A stretch of 64,000 bases of DNA from Oscillospiraceae bacterium (GTDB lineage Bacteria; Bacillota; Clostridia; Oscillospirales; Oscillospiraceae). Positions 1 through 9,944 of the stretch are shown one piece after another. Made by a program: the position numbers and the translations under genes. Each line of letters opens with the position of its first letter. Within the stretch, counting starts at the first letter, position 1. The stretch lies in contig JBMNHO010000002.1 in assembly GCA_050950425.1 (NCBI GenBank), positions 1,360,154-1,424,153 of the forward strand, written 5' to 3'. The notes under the pieces are model-generated. The model did no database searches. It was given only the letters and a program-made list of their open reading frames with translations, and had not been told where the DNA came from.

Positions 1-925
1 TTATTTGTCGGCGGATGAGTACAGCGCGTATGAGGCATCGGTCAACAATGCGTATGTGGGGATCGGGGTCACCATAGAGTCCGACATGGAAAAAGGCGGG
101 CTCCGAATCAGAAAGGTGCAGGCCGGCGGCCCGGCCCAAGAAGCCGGCCTGAAAGCAGGGGAGCAGATTATCGCGGCAGAGGGGAAACCCTTTGCGGGCT
201 TGACGCTGGCCCAGGCAAAAGCGCTGATCTCAGGAGAGGCGGGAACGAGCGTCATGGTGACGGTACGCAGCCAGGATGGCGGGCAGCGGGACGTGACCCT
301 GATCCGCAGGGAAATCGTGGTGGTTCCTGTGAACCATCAGATGCTGGAGCGGCAGATTGGCTACATCCAGATCCAAAATTTCGACAGTACAGCAAGCCAG
401 CATGCCAAGGCGGCGGTGAACAATCTGATGGAGCAGGGGGCGAAAAAGCTGGTTTTTGACCTGCGCAACAACCCCGGCGGTCTTTTGACAGAGCTGCTGG
501 ATCTTTTGGATTTTCTGTTGCCGGAAGGGGATACTTTTATCTCTGTGGACTACACAGGGGAGGAGCGGATTTACCACTCCGATGAGAGCTGCGTGGATTT
601 GCCCATCTCCATTTTGGTAAACGAAGAGACGTATAGCGCGGCGGAATTTTTCGCAGCCATTTTTCAGGAAATGGGGCGGGGCCGGGTGGTGGGTACCCAA
701 ACCAGCGGAAAGGGATATTCCCAAGTGCCCATCCGGCTTTCCGACGGATCCGCTGTTGTCTTATCAACGGCAAAATATTTCACGCCCAACCGGGTGAGTC
801 TCATCGGTAAGGGCGTGACGCCGGACGTGGCGCTGCCCATGACAGAGGAGCAAAACAAGGCTCTTCTGGACGAGATGCTGTCTCCCGGGGAGGACACGCA
901 GCTGCAAAAGGCCATCAGCGACTGA
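1..925 (+). CDS. S41 C-terminal processing (tail-specific) peptidase, 5-prime end cut by window edge
   Basis: PDZ-like segment (GLRIRKVQAGGPAQEAGLKAGEQI) followed by S41 core motifs (DLRNNPGG, ETYSAAEFFA, GTQTSGKG); frame open to base 1. Confidence 0.8.
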   Translation, partial: YLSADEYSAYEASVNNAYVGIGVTIESDMEKGGLRIRKVQAGGPAQEAGLKAGEQIIAAEGKPFAGLTLAQAKALISGEAGTSVMVTVRSQDGGQRDVTLIRREIVVVPVNHQMLERQIGYIQIQNFDSTASQHAKAAVNNLMEQGAKKLVFDLRNNPGGLLTELLDLLDFLLPEGDTFISVDYTGEERIYHSDESCVDLPISILVNEETYSAAEFFAAIFQEMGRGRVVGTQTSGKGYSQVPIRLSDGSAVVLSTAKYFTPNRVSLIGKGVTPDVALPMTEEQNKALLDEMLSPGEDTQLQKAISD

Positions 926-983
926 GAAAAGAACACGCATAAAGAACCGCCTCGCTGCATAAAACGAAGCAGGAGGCGAGAGC

Positions 984-1751
984 GTGATTGGATTATTGCA
1001 TGTGGAATACACGGCGGGGCGCTTTCCCCGCTCCGCTGTTTTTACACCTTGTGAGATAAAGGGCGGCGCATTTTGCGATGTCTGCATTCGGCTTCCTCTT
1101 TCCGGGCCCCCCAGAGCCCGCGACAGAAGGATCCGCCGCGCCGCACGAAAGATGGCCGCCTATGGAATCCGGCGTGTGGTGCCGCCCCGGGAGCTGTTTC
1201 CTTATTGGGAGACGCTGCTGGAATACAAGATTAGCCCTATTTCCATTCGGCCCCTTTTGCGGCAGATGGCGACGCCCATCGCCCTATTTTATTTGCACGA
1301 AACAGGGCGGGCACGAAGAAGCGAAGCGGTGGTGCTCCAGGCCCAGCGCATGGAAATGGAGCTTTTCAGAGTGGCGGAGCAGCTATGCCGAAAGGTACGC
1401 AACGTAGCGGTGCAGATTCCGGACAGCGAGGCGCTGGAAGATCGGCTCCAGACGGAATACGGGGTGCCGGCCATGGCGGGCAGGACGGGGTTTACAAAAG
1501 CAAACCTGGTTTTGCTGTTTTCCGTGGCGGAAAAAGGGGAAACAGTAGTGCCCGGACAGGGGGCGCTGTTTTATTTTGGGGAAGGGACGCCGCGCCTTCA
1601 AACAGACCGCCGGGTTCTGCAGTGGGCGGAGTTGGCCGTTCGAAACGGGGACGCGCCGTCCGGCCCGTGGGACCAAACCTCCCTCTTGGCGGCCCTGTGG
1701 GAGATGGGGCATATATCCGCCCGGGAACTGGAAATCATACAATTATCTTGA
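984..1751 (+). CDS. hypothetical protein (255 aa, GTG start)
   Basis: Long ORF in the co-directional gene block that fills the intergenic space; no motif recognised. Confidence 0.4.
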   Translation: MIGLLHVEYTAGRFPRSAVFTPCEIKGGAFCDVCIRLPLSGPPRARDRRIRRAARKMAAYGIRRVVPPRELFPYWETLLEYKISPISIRPLLRQMATPIALFYLHETGRARRSEAVVLQAQRMEMELFRVAEQLCRKVRNVAVQIPDSEALEDRLQTEYGVPAMAGRTGFTKANLVLLFSVAEKGETVVPGQGALFYFGEGTPRLQTDRRVLQWAELAVRNGDAPSGPWDQTSLLAALWEMGHISARELEIIQLS

Positions 1752-1777
1752 CAGTCGGGAGAGGGTTGCTATATAAT
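1748..1777 (+). promoter_or_regulatory. sigma-70-type promoter upstream of greA
   Basis: TTGACA (1748-1753), 18-nt spacer, TATAAT (1772-1777). Confidence 0.4.
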
Positions 1778-1937
1778 ATAGTACTGTACGCGGAGACATC
1801 CGCGTCATATGCATATTTAGATGTGATATTTGCATATTGCCGTGCAGTTCATGCTGGGATGGCGAAATCGATATAATATAATTTTCCGCGATAGGCGTGA
1901 TTATAAGGAGGGGTTTCGGTTGGCAAAAGAGTATAAA

Positions 1938-2393
1938 ATGAGCCAAGAACGACTCGATGAGCTGAAAAAAGAATTGATCTATTTAAAAACAGTACGAGAA
2001 AAGGAAGTTGCGGATCAGATCAAAGAAGCACGTTCCTTTGGGGATTTATCCGAGAATAGTGAATATGACGAGGCCAAAAACGAGCAGGGAAAGCTGTATT
2101 CCCGCATTGTGGAATTGGGCAATATTTTGGCACACGCCATTGTGATTGATGAAGACGATCTGACAACAGACGCAGTGGGCATCGGCAGCCGTGTGATGGT
2201 GGAGGCGATGGACAGCGGAAGCAAGGGCAGCTATCAAATTGTCGGCTCTCAGGAGGCCGATCCCATGAATGGTCGCATTTCCGAAGAATCCCCCTTTGGG
2301 CAGGCCCTTTTGGGGAAAAAATGCGGAGAAGAGGTGCTGGTGAGCGCGCCGGCGGGGACCATTCATTATCGGGTCATTGAAATACAAAAGTAA
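1938..2393 (+). CDS. greA: transcription elongation factor GreA
   Basis: MSQERLDELKKEL...FGDLSENSEYDEAKNEQ coiled-coil N-domain typical of GreA; internal ATG at 1938 chosen over the ORF-track start 1830. Confidence 0.9.
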   Translation: MSQERLDELKKELIYLKTVREKEVADQIKEARSFGDLSENSEYDEAKNEQGKLYSRIVELGNILAHAIVIDEDDLTTDAVGIGSRVMVEAMDSGSKGSYQIVGSQEADPMNGRISEESPFGQALLGKKCGEEVLVSAPAGTIHYRVIEIQK

Positions 2394-2432
2394 GAAATGG
2401 CGGTGTCTGGCACCGCCCGGGAGGCAGAAAAC

Positions 2433-3926
2433 ATGACAGAGAGAGAACAGCCGGCGGCACAGGAAGAGAGCCGCTCAGAGCTTTTGCAGATACGGCGGGA
2501 CAAGCTCAAGGAATTGCAGGCAGAGGGGAGAGACCCTTTTGCGGAAACCACGTACCGGTGCGATTCCAACAGCCAAGAGATCAAGGAACAATTTGATGCC
2601 ATGGAGGGCAAGCGTGTGTCCATCGCCGGGCGGCTGATGAGCAAACGGGGGATGGGCAAGGCCATTTTTTCCGACTTACAGGACGGGACAGGCCGAATTC
2701 AGCTGTATGTCCGCATTGACGAGATGGGGGAAGAGGCACTCAATCGATTTAAAAAATACGACATCGGCGATATCGTCGGCGTGACAGGGGAAGTGTTCCG
2801 CACCAAGCGAGGGGAAATCTCTGTGAAAACCGACGAAATCACGCTGCTGTCCAAGTCATTGAACCCCCTGCCGGAGAAGTTCCACGGGCTGACCAGCACC
2901 GAGCTGCGGTACCGGCAGCGGTATGTGGACTTGATCGTCAATCCGGGGGTGCGCCGCGCCTTTGAAATTCGCAGTAAGATCATCAAAACCATTCGGTCTT
3001 ATTTGGATGATTTGGGCTATATGGAAGTGGAAACGCCGGTGCTGAACACCATTTCCGGCGGCGCCAACGCCCGCCCGTTTGTGACCCATCACAATACATT
3101 GAATATTGATATGTACATGCGCATCGCCACAGAGCTGCACTTAAAGCGCCTGGTGGTGGGCGGGATTGAGCGGGTGTATGAAATCGGCCGGCTGTTCCGC
3201 AACGAGGGGATGGACCCGAAGCACAATCCGGAGTTTACCACGGTGGAGTTTTATGAAGCATATGCCGATTATCATGACATGATGGATCGCACGGAAGGCA
3301 TTTACGTGAAGGCCGCCCAAGACATTTTGGGCACCACCAAGCTGATGTACCAAGGCGCCGATCTGGATTTGACGCCGCCTTTTGCGAGGATGACCATGGC
3401 GGAAGCGGTCAAACAATATACGGGTGTGGACTTTATGTCTTTTCAGGCGGATGAGGACGCCCAAAAAGCCGCCGCTTCCATCGGCGTGAAGCTGGAAAAG
3501 GACGCGACTTGGGGCAATTTGCTTTATGCCTGCTTTGATGAAAAGGTGGAAAGCCAGCTGATGGCGCCTATCTTTATCCTGGACCATCCCGTGGAGGTTT
3601 CCCCCCTTGCCAAGCGGTGCAAGGAAGACCCCCGGCTGACCCAGCGGTTTGAGCTGTTTATGGCGGGAAGGGAAATGGCGAACGCCTTTTCCGAGCTGAA
3701 CGACCCTGTGGACCAAAAAGAGCGGTTCCAGCGCCAGGCGGCGTTGCGGGAAGCGGGAGACGAAGAAGCGGGCATGATGGATACCGACTATATCAATGCG
3801 TTGGAATATGGTTTGCCGCCCACAGGGGGCTGCGGTATCGGCATTGACCGGATGGTGATGCTGTATACAGACAGCGCCTCCATCCGCGATGTGATTTTAT
3901 TCCCGACCATGAAGCCTTTAGAGTAA
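2433..3926 (+). CDS. lysS: lysine--tRNA ligase (class II)
   Basis: OB-fold N-domain plus class II core (FRNEGMD..HNPEFT, GGCGIGIDRMVM); ATG 2433 has GGGAGG 8 nt upstream (ORF-track start is 2397). Confidence 0.93.
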   Translation: MTEREQPAAQEESRSELLQIRRDKLKELQAEGRDPFAETTYRCDSNSQEIKEQFDAMEGKRVSIAGRLMSKRGMGKAIFSDLQDGTGRIQLYVRIDEMGEEALNRFKKYDIGDIVGVTGEVFRTKRGEISVKTDEITLLSKSLNPLPEKFHGLTSTELRYRQRYVDLIVNPGVRRAFEIRSKIIKTIRSYLDDLGYMEVETPVLNTISGGANARPFVTHHNTLNIDMYMRIATELHLKRLVVGGIERVYEIGRLFRNEGMDPKHNPEFTTVEFYEAYADYHDMMDRTEGIYVKAAQDILGTTKLMYQGADLDLTPPFARMTMAEAVKQYTGVDFMSFQADEDAQKAAASIGVKLEKDATWGNLLYACFDEKVESQLMAPIFILDHPVEVSPLAKRCKEDPRLTQRFELFMAGREMANAFSELNDPVDQKERFQRQAALREAGDEEAGMMDTDYINALEYGLPPTGGCGIGIDRMVMLYTDSASIRDVILFPTMKPLE

Positions 3927-3933
3927 ACGATCC

Positions 3934-3961
3934 GGGGGCGGGCTTTGGCCTGCCCCTTGTT
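3934..3961 (+). terminator. intrinsic terminator after lysS
   Basis: 9-bp GC-rich stem GGGGCGGGC/GCCTGCCCC (one G-U pair), loop TTTG, then TTGTTT. Confidence 0.5.
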
Positions 3962-4060
3962 TCATATATACCATAGATATAAGAGATACAAGAGATACAA
4001 GGCTCCTGGATAAGCGGACAAACAGGATCGGGCAAGATCCCGAACAACAGGAAGTGAGAT

Positions 4061-4825
4061 ATGGAACAGATCAGAAGCAGAACCAACCCGCTGATCGCCC
4101 ATTTGCGCAAGCTGGGCCGCAGCGGGGCATATCGAAACAGCTGCGGCGCATTTTGCTGTGACGGGCCAAAGCTGCTGGAAGAAGCCCTTTTGTGGGGCGG
4201 AGTCGTCCAAACTGTACTGAAAACAGAGGCGGCCCTGCTGCCTTCTTCTTTGCCTGCCTCTGTGCGGGTGGTCACCGTGCCGGAGGAGCTGTTGGCCTTT
4301 GCTTCCCCCTTGACGGAGCCTCAGGGGATTTTGTTTGCCTGTGAAATGCCGGAGTCGGCTGCGCCCGAGAGGCTGACCGGAACCCGGTATGCCGTTTTGG
4401 ACGGGCTCCAGGACCCGGGAAACGTGGGGGCTATTTTACGAACGGCGGCGGCGTTCTCCTTTGACGGTGTGTTCCTCACGGGGCATTGCGCCGATCTTTG
4501 GAACCCCAAAACCATACGGGCGACCATGGGGGCCGTCTTTCGCATGGCGGTTTGGACGGCGTCTTACGAGCAGGTGTCTCTGCTTTTGCAGAAGGCGAAA
4601 ATCCCTTTGTATGGCGCGGCGTTGGGGCCGGGTTGCGTTTCTCTGGAAAAGGGTTCCCTAGAAGGGGCAGCCATCGCCATCGGAAGCGAGGGGAACGGCC
4701 TTTCTCAGGCGCTTTTGTCCCTCTGCGACGGGCGGGTGCAGATCCCGATGGATGCCAAATGCGAGTCGCTGAACGCCGCGGTGGCGGCGGGAATTTTGTT
4801 TTGGGAAATGAGCCGGGAGCGGTAA
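4061..4825 (+). CDS. TrmH/SpoU-family RNA 2-prime-O-methyltransferase
   Basis: SpoU motifs LDGLQDPGNVGAILRTA, IAIGSEGNGLS, IPMDAKCESLNAAVAAGI. Confidence 0.85.
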   Translation: MEQIRSRTNPLIAHLRKLGRSGAYRNSCGAFCCDGPKLLEEALLWGGVVQTVLKTEAALLPSSLPASVRVVTVPEELLAFASPLTEPQGILFACEMPESAAPERLTGTRYAVLDGLQDPGNVGAILRTAAAFSFDGVFLTGHCADLWNPKTIRATMGAVFRMAVWTASYEQVSLLLQKAKIPLYGAALGPGCVSLEKGSLEGAAIAIGSEGNGLSQALLSLCDGRVQIPMDAKCESLNAAVAAGILFWEMSRER

Positions 4826-4847
4826 AAACCAGCAGGAGGTAAGTGCT

Positions 4848-6071
4848 GTGTCAACCTTAAACTATTGGCTTTGGCTTGCCACCAAAGACGGGCTTCGAAG
4901 GGAGACGATTTACAGAGCGGTGGATTTTTTCGGCTCTCCCGAGGCGGTATATGAGGCGGATCAGGATGCTTACGAAGCCTTGGGGCTGCACAAGGAAGAG
5001 CAGCAGGCACTCTGCAATAAGGCCATGGCGAGGCCCAACAGCATTCTGGATACATGCGACCGCTTGGGCATCTGGCTGATGACGTATCAGGACGCGGACT
5101 ATCCCACGCGGCTGCGCAATATTTATGATCCCCCCTGTGTGCTATACGGGAAGGGGAAACGGATCCATTTTGACGAAACCCCGGCGGTTGCCATCGTGGG
5201 CACCCGGCGGTGCAGTCCCTATGGGAAAAAGGTGGCGGCCACCCTCGGGTTTCAGCTGGCCTATCGGGGGATGCTTGTGATTTCCGGTCTGGCAAAGGGC
5301 ATTGACACCGTTGCCATGACGGGGGCGCTGCGTGCAGGCGTTCCCGTGGTCGGGGTGCTGGGCTGCGGAATTGATGTGGTTTATCCCAGAGAAAACAGAG
5401 AAATTTACCGGGATGTGGCCTCTTCCGGCACCCTTCTCAGCGAATATCCCCCGGGAACCCAGCCGTTGGGGCCTCATTTTCCCGTGCGCAATCGCATCAT
5501 GAGCGGCCTTTCTCTGGGGGTCATCGTGGTGGAGGGTCCCATGAGAAGCGGGTCTCTCATTACGGCGCGACACGCCTTGGAGCAGGGGCGGGATGTGTTT
5601 GCCGTTCCCGGCAACATCGATTCCCCGTTAAGCTTGGGGCCCAACCGGTTGCTGCGGGACGGGGCGATCCCCGTTACCCATGCGGACGACGTCATTGGGG
5701 AATACATCCAGCAATACCCCACGAAGCTTCACCTTTCCCCCAAAACCATGGAAGATAGGATGCCAAACCGAGGGGAGCAAAGGCGCGTTTTGGCGGAGGG
5801 CCATCAGAGTTCGACAAAAAAAGAGGTTGACAAGTGGGAAGCGAAAGATTATATTGACCTCAATGACTCTGTAGAACCGTTTACGGAACAGGAGAAGGCA
5901 ATTTTGAAGGCTCTGGGAACCCAAAGCCCCACCCAGGCGGATGAGCTGGCCGCACGCACGGAGATCCCGCCGGGGCAGCTTTTGTCCGCGCTTACGGTGC
6001 TGGAGCTGCGGGGTGTTGTGTTGCAGACGCCCGGGAAATGCTTCCAAAGAAACGGTGACATTCGAGAATAA
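4848..6071 (+). CDS. dprA: DNA processing protein DprA (Smf)
   Basis: DprA Rossmann core (VAIVGTRRCSPYGK, GLAKGIDTVAMTGAL, GSLITARHALEQGRDVFAVPG) plus C-terminal winged-helix-like tail; GTG start. Confidence 0.9.
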   Translation: MSTLNYWLWLATKDGLRRETIYRAVDFFGSPEAVYEADQDAYEALGLHKEEQQALCNKAMARPNSILDTCDRLGIWLMTYQDADYPTRLRNIYDPPCVLYGKGKRIHFDETPAVAIVGTRRCSPYGKKVAATLGFQLAYRGMLVISGLAKGIDTVAMTGALRAGVPVVGVLGCGIDVVYPRENREIYRDVASSGTLLSEYPPGTQPLGPHFPVRNRIMSGLSLGVIVVEGPMRSGSLITARHALEQGRDVFAVPGNIDSPLSLGPNRLLRDGAIPVTHADDVIGEYIQQYPTKLHLSPKTMEDRMPNRGEQRRVLAEGHQSSTKKEVDKWEAKDYIDLNDSVEPFTEQEKAILKALGTQSPTQADELAARTEIPPGQLLSALTVLELRGVVLQTPGKCFQRNGDIRE

Positions 6072-6119
6072 ATGACTTCCGCCGCGTATTTCGCGCGGCT
6101 GGATGATTTGGAGGAATCC

Positions 6120-8513
6120 ATGGCAAAAACTAATTTGGTCATTGTAGAATCCCCTGCGAAAGCAAAGACCATTGGAAAATATTTGGGCAACGGGTTTCAG
6201 GTGAAAGCCTCCATGGGGCACGTGCGTGACTTGCCGAAAAGCAAGCTGGGTGTGGACGTGGAGCATCGGTTTGAACCTGTTTACCAGCCCATCAAAGGAA
6301 AAGAAGAGCTGATCGGCGAGCTGCAAAAGGCGGCGGCGAAAAGCGACAAAGTATATCTCGCAACGGACCCGGACCGGGAAGGAGAGGCCATTTCGTGGCA
6401 TTTGAAGGAGCTGCTCCATTTGCCGGACGAGAAAGCGCTGCGGGTGACATTTAATGAGATCACCAAACGGGTGGTGACAGAGAGCATTGCGGCGCCCAGG
6501 GCCATTGACCAAAACTTGGTGGACGCTCAGCAGGCCCGGCGTGTTTTAGACCGCATTGTGGGGTACCAATTGTCTCCCCTTTTGTGGCGTAAAATCAAAC
6601 GGGGTCTTTCCGCGGGGCGGGTGCAGTCTGTTGCCACCCGTTTGGTGGTGGAACGCGAGGAGGAAATCCGCGCCTTTGAACCCAAGGAATATTGGTCTTT
6701 GGACGCGGATCTGGAACGGATTGCGCCCCATATCGGCGCGTTTTCCGCCCACTTCCACGGGATCGGGAAAAAGAAAGTGGAGCTGGAAACGGAAGAAGCG
6801 GTGAATCAAGTGGTTGCGGCGGTGGAGCATGCCCCTTTTGTGGTGCAGTCTGTCAAGCGGACAGAGAAAAAACGCTCCCCCGCCCCGCCTTTTGTCACTT
6901 CCACTTTGCAGCAGGAGGCGTCCAGCAAGCTGGGGATGACGCCCCGGCGCACCATGTCCATCGCCCAGCAGCTTTATGAGGGCATTGACATTGAAGGAGA
7001 AGGAACCGTCGGCTTGATCACGTATATGAGAACCGACTCTCTCCGTATTTCTCAAGAGGCGGCAGACGCCGCAAAGCAGCTGATCGTTTCTCGTTACGGC
7101 AAGGCGTATTACCCGGACAGCCCCCGCAAATATAAATCCCGCTCCGGCGCCCAGGACGCCCACGAGGCCATCCGGCCCAGCGACGTGGCACTTACCCCGG
7201 AGCAGCTGAAAAAAGACTTGACAAACGACCAGTTTCGCCTGTATCGGCTGATCTGGAGCCGCTTTTTGGCCTCGCAGATGGTCAACGCCGTGTATGACGC
7301 GGTGACGGTGGAGCTGGATGCCGCGGACTACCGCTTTCGCACCAGCGGATCTACCATTAAGTTTGCGGGGTTCACCGCGGTATATGACGAAAGCCGGGAT
7401 GACGGAAAAGAGGAGAAGCAGGCGCTGATGCTGGACCTCCAGGAAGGGGAAGCCACCGGGCTGCGCAAGCTGACAAAAGAGCAGCATTTTACCCAGCCGC
7501 CGGCCAGGTATACAGAGGCGTCTTTGGTCCGCGCCATGGAAGAGCGGGGCATTGGAAGGCCATCTACCTATGCCCCCACCATCTCCACCATTACGGATCG
7601 GGAATATGTGGTCAAAGAGGGGAAAACCCTTCGCCCCACTCCCTTGGGTGAGGTGGTCACGGGGCTGATGCGGGATCACTTTTCCAAGGTGGTGGATGTG
7701 GACTTCACGGCAAACATGGAGCAGGCGCTGGACAGCGTGGAGGCCGGAAACAGAGAGTGGGAGAGCGTGCTGGAGGAGTTTTATGCCGATTTTTCCCATA
7801 CGCTGGAGCAGGCGGAAGCAAATCTGGACGGGGAGCGGATCAAGATCCCCGACGAGCCCAGCGACGAAGTTTGCGATGTGTGCGGAAAGCAGATGGTGAT
7901 CAAATCAGGGCGGTTCGGCCGGTTTTTGGCCTGCCCCGGCTATCCGGACTGTACGTTTACAAAGCCCCTTGTGGTGGAAATGCCGGGGAAATGCCCCCTT
8001 TGCGGCAGCCGTATTTTGAAAAAGACATCCAAGCGGGGCTTTACTTATTACGGCTGCGAAAAAAACCCCACTTGCTCTTTCATGTCCTGGGACGTGCCTG
8101 TGGCGGATGTGTGTTCCTCCTGCGGAAAAACCATGTTTAAAAAATCCGGCCGGGGAAACCAAAAGGCCTTTTGCATCAATGCAGATTGTCCCAATTTCCT
8201 GCCGGAGGATAAGCGGGGGTACCGGAAAAAGAAGCAGGCAGACGGCGAGACGGAGGCCAAAGGCGAGCAGCCGGCGGAGAAAGGCGAAGAAAAGCCGAAG
8301 CGAACCGCCGCAAAACAAGCAAAAAAGACAACCCCGGCGGCCAAGGCGAAACAGACAGCCAAGACAACCAAAGCAACGGCCAAGACAGCCAAAACAACAA
8401 AGGCCGCGACGACGGCAAAAACAGCCAAAACAACAAAGAAAACCCCGGCCAAAGGGGCGGCGAAGCAAAGCGGAGAAACGACGATGGAAGCCGTTGGCGA
8501 AGAGCTGGCATAA
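6120..8513 (+). CDS. topA: DNA topoisomerase I with three C4 zinc ribbons and a Lys/Ala/Thr-rich tail
   Basis: TOPRIM start MAKTNLVIVESPAKAKTIGKYL, DPDREGE, active-site region GLITYMRTDS; CxxC...CxxC ribbons; GGAGG upstream of ATG 6120. Confidence 0.95.
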   Translation: MAKTNLVIVESPAKAKTIGKYLGNGFQVKASMGHVRDLPKSKLGVDVEHRFEPVYQPIKGKEELIGELQKAAAKSDKVYLATDPDREGEAISWHLKELLHLPDEKALRVTFNEITKRVVTESIAAPRAIDQNLVDAQQARRVLDRIVGYQLSPLLWRKIKRGLSAGRVQSVATRLVVEREEEIRAFEPKEYWSLDADLERIAPHIGAFSAHFHGIGKKKVELETEEAVNQVVAAVEHAPFVVQSVKRTEKKRSPAPPFVTSTLQQEASSKLGMTPRRTMSIAQQLYEGIDIEGEGTVGLITYMRTDSLRISQEAADAAKQLIVSRYGKAYYPDSPRKYKSRSGAQDAHEAIRPSDVALTPEQLKKDLTNDQFRLYRLIWSRFLASQMVNAVYDAVTVELDAADYRFRTSGSTIKFAGFTAVYDESRDDGKEEKQALMLDLQEGEATGLRKLTKEQHFTQPPARYTEASLVRAMEERGIGRPSTYAPTISTITDREYVVKEGKTLRPTPLGEVVTGLMRDHFSKVVDVDFTANMEQALDSVEAGNREWESVLEEFYADFSHTLEQAEANLDGERIKIPDEPSDEVCDVCGKQMVIKSGRFGRFLACPGYPDCTFTKPLVVEMPGKCPLCGSRILKKTSKRGFTYYGCEKNPTCSFMSWDVPVADVCSSCGKTMFKKSGRGNQKAFCINADCPNFLPEDKRGYRKKKQADGETEAKGEQPAEKGEEKPKRTAAKQAKKTTPAAKAKQTAKTTKATAKTAKTTKAATTAKTAKTTKKTPAKGAAKQSGETTMEAVGEELA
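8330..8470 (+). repeat. imperfect in-frame tandem repeats encoding the AKT-rich TopA tail
   Basis: Reiterated gccaa(g/a)aca(a/g)cc... units translating to AKTTKATAKTAKTTKAATTAKTAKTTKK. Confidence 0.5.
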
Positions 8514-8552
8514 AAACCGGCGCACAGCGCTCCCGCAAAGAAGAAAGCAGAA

Positions 8553-9875
8553 ATGAGAGCAAAACAGATGGAACAAGTGACAGTCATCGGCGCGGGGCTG
8601 GCCGGCTGCGAGGCGGCCTTTCAGCTTGCGAGGCGGGGCATCCCCGTGCGCCTTTTGGAAATGAAACCCGGGAAAAAAACGCCTGCGCATCAGGAAAACG
8701 CGTTTGCGGAGCTGGTCTGTTCCAATTCCCTGCGGAGCGATCAGCTGGAAAATGCCGTGGGTCTGCTCAAGGAAGAGCTGCGCCGGATGGGCTCTCTCAT
8801 CATGGAAGCGGCAGACGGGACGCGGGTTGAGGCCGGCGGCGCCCTTGCGGTGGACCGCCAGGGGTTTTCCAGTCTGATTACGGAGCGCATCTTGCAAAAC
8901 CCGTACATCACGGTGATAGAGGAAGAGGCCACAGACATTCCGAAGGAAGGCCATGTCATCGTGGCGTCCGGCCCTTTGACCTCGGACGCGCTGGCGTCGT
9001 CCATTCAGTCTTTTTTCGGCCATGCGGATTATTTGTATTTTTACGATGCGGCGGCCCCCCTTGTGACCTTCGAGAGCATTGACATGGAGCGGGCCTATCT
9101 GGCCTCCCGGTACGACAAGGGAACGCCGGACTACATCAATTGCCCCATGACGGAAGAAGAGTATTTGGCGTTTTGGAACGCGCTGTGCGAAGCTCGGGAA
9201 GCACCGGTTCACGGGTTTGAGGATCAAAGCGTGTTTGAAGGCTGCATGCCCGTGGAGGTAATGGGCAGGCGGGGGCCGGACACCCTGCGCTTCGGCCCGC
9301 TAAAGCCAAAGGGGCTGCGGGACCCCCGCACGGGGGAAACGCCCCATGCGGTGGTGCAGCTGCGAAAGGACAACGCCGCCGGCAGCATTTATAACTTGGT
9401 GGGGTTCCAAACCCATCTGGTTTTTTCCGAGCAAAAGCGGGTGTTTTCCATGGTTCCGGCGCTGCGCGGCGCCCAATTTGTCAGATATGGGGTGATGCAC
9501 CGGAACACGTATCTGGACTCTCCCCGTCTGCTCAACCGATATTATCAGACGCGCAAAGAAGCGCGGGTGATGTTTGCCGGGCAAATGACAGGGGTGGAAG
9601 GATATGTGGAATCGGCCGCTTCCGGCGCCCTTTGCGGCATCGAGCTGGCCCGGCGGCTTTTGAGAGAGCCTCCGCTGAATTTGCCCAGAGAGACGGCAAC
9701 CGGAGCGCTGGCCGCTTACATCAGCAATGAAACAGTGACAGAGTTCCAGCCGATGAACATCAATTTCGGGTTAATCCCGCCGCTGGAATACCGGGTGCGA
9801 GGCAAGAAGGAGAAAAACACCGTCATAGCAAACAGGGCGCTTGCGGCTTTGGCCCAGTGTCTGCAAACGACATAA
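8553..9875 (+). CDS. trmFO: methylenetetrahydrofolate--tRNA-(uracil-5)-methyltransferase TrmFO
   Basis: FAD fold VTVIGAGLAGCEAAFQLARRG, LVCSNSLR, long TrmFO/Gid-type body of 440 aa. Confidence 0.9.
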   Translation: MRAKQMEQVTVIGAGLAGCEAAFQLARRGIPVRLLEMKPGKKTPAHQENAFAELVCSNSLRSDQLENAVGLLKEELRRMGSLIMEAADGTRVEAGGALAVDRQGFSSLITERILQNPYITVIEEEATDIPKEGHVIVASGPLTSDALASSIQSFFGHADYLYFYDAAAPLVTFESIDMERAYLASRYDKGTPDYINCPMTEEEYLAFWNALCEAREAPVHGFEDQSVFEGCMPVEVMGRRGPDTLRFGPLKPKGLRDPRTGETPHAVVQLRKDNAAGSIYNLVGFQTHLVFSEQKRVFSMVPALRGAQFVRYGVMHRNTYLDSPRLLNRYYQTRKEARVMFAGQMTGVEGYVESAASGALCGIELARRLLREPPLNLPRETATGALAAYISNETVTEFQPMNINFGLIPPLEYRVRGKKEKNTVIANRALAALAQCLQTT

Positions 9876-9944
9876 ACGGCGGCTTGCAGTTCTGGAAAGA
9901 AAAAGCGGCGAACGTGACCGATGGGAAACGAGGGGGGAAATGCC

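Noticed and set aside
3961-4010. Short tandem repeat agagataca x2 between lysS and the TrmH gene
   Set aside because: Only two 9-nt units are present, with no extended periodicity. It is most likely chance or part of a promoter region.
4876-5079. Short + strand and - strand ORFs nested in dprA, the TrmH gene, trmFO and others
   Set aside because: These are out-of-frame overlaps with well-supported genes and carry no independent signals.
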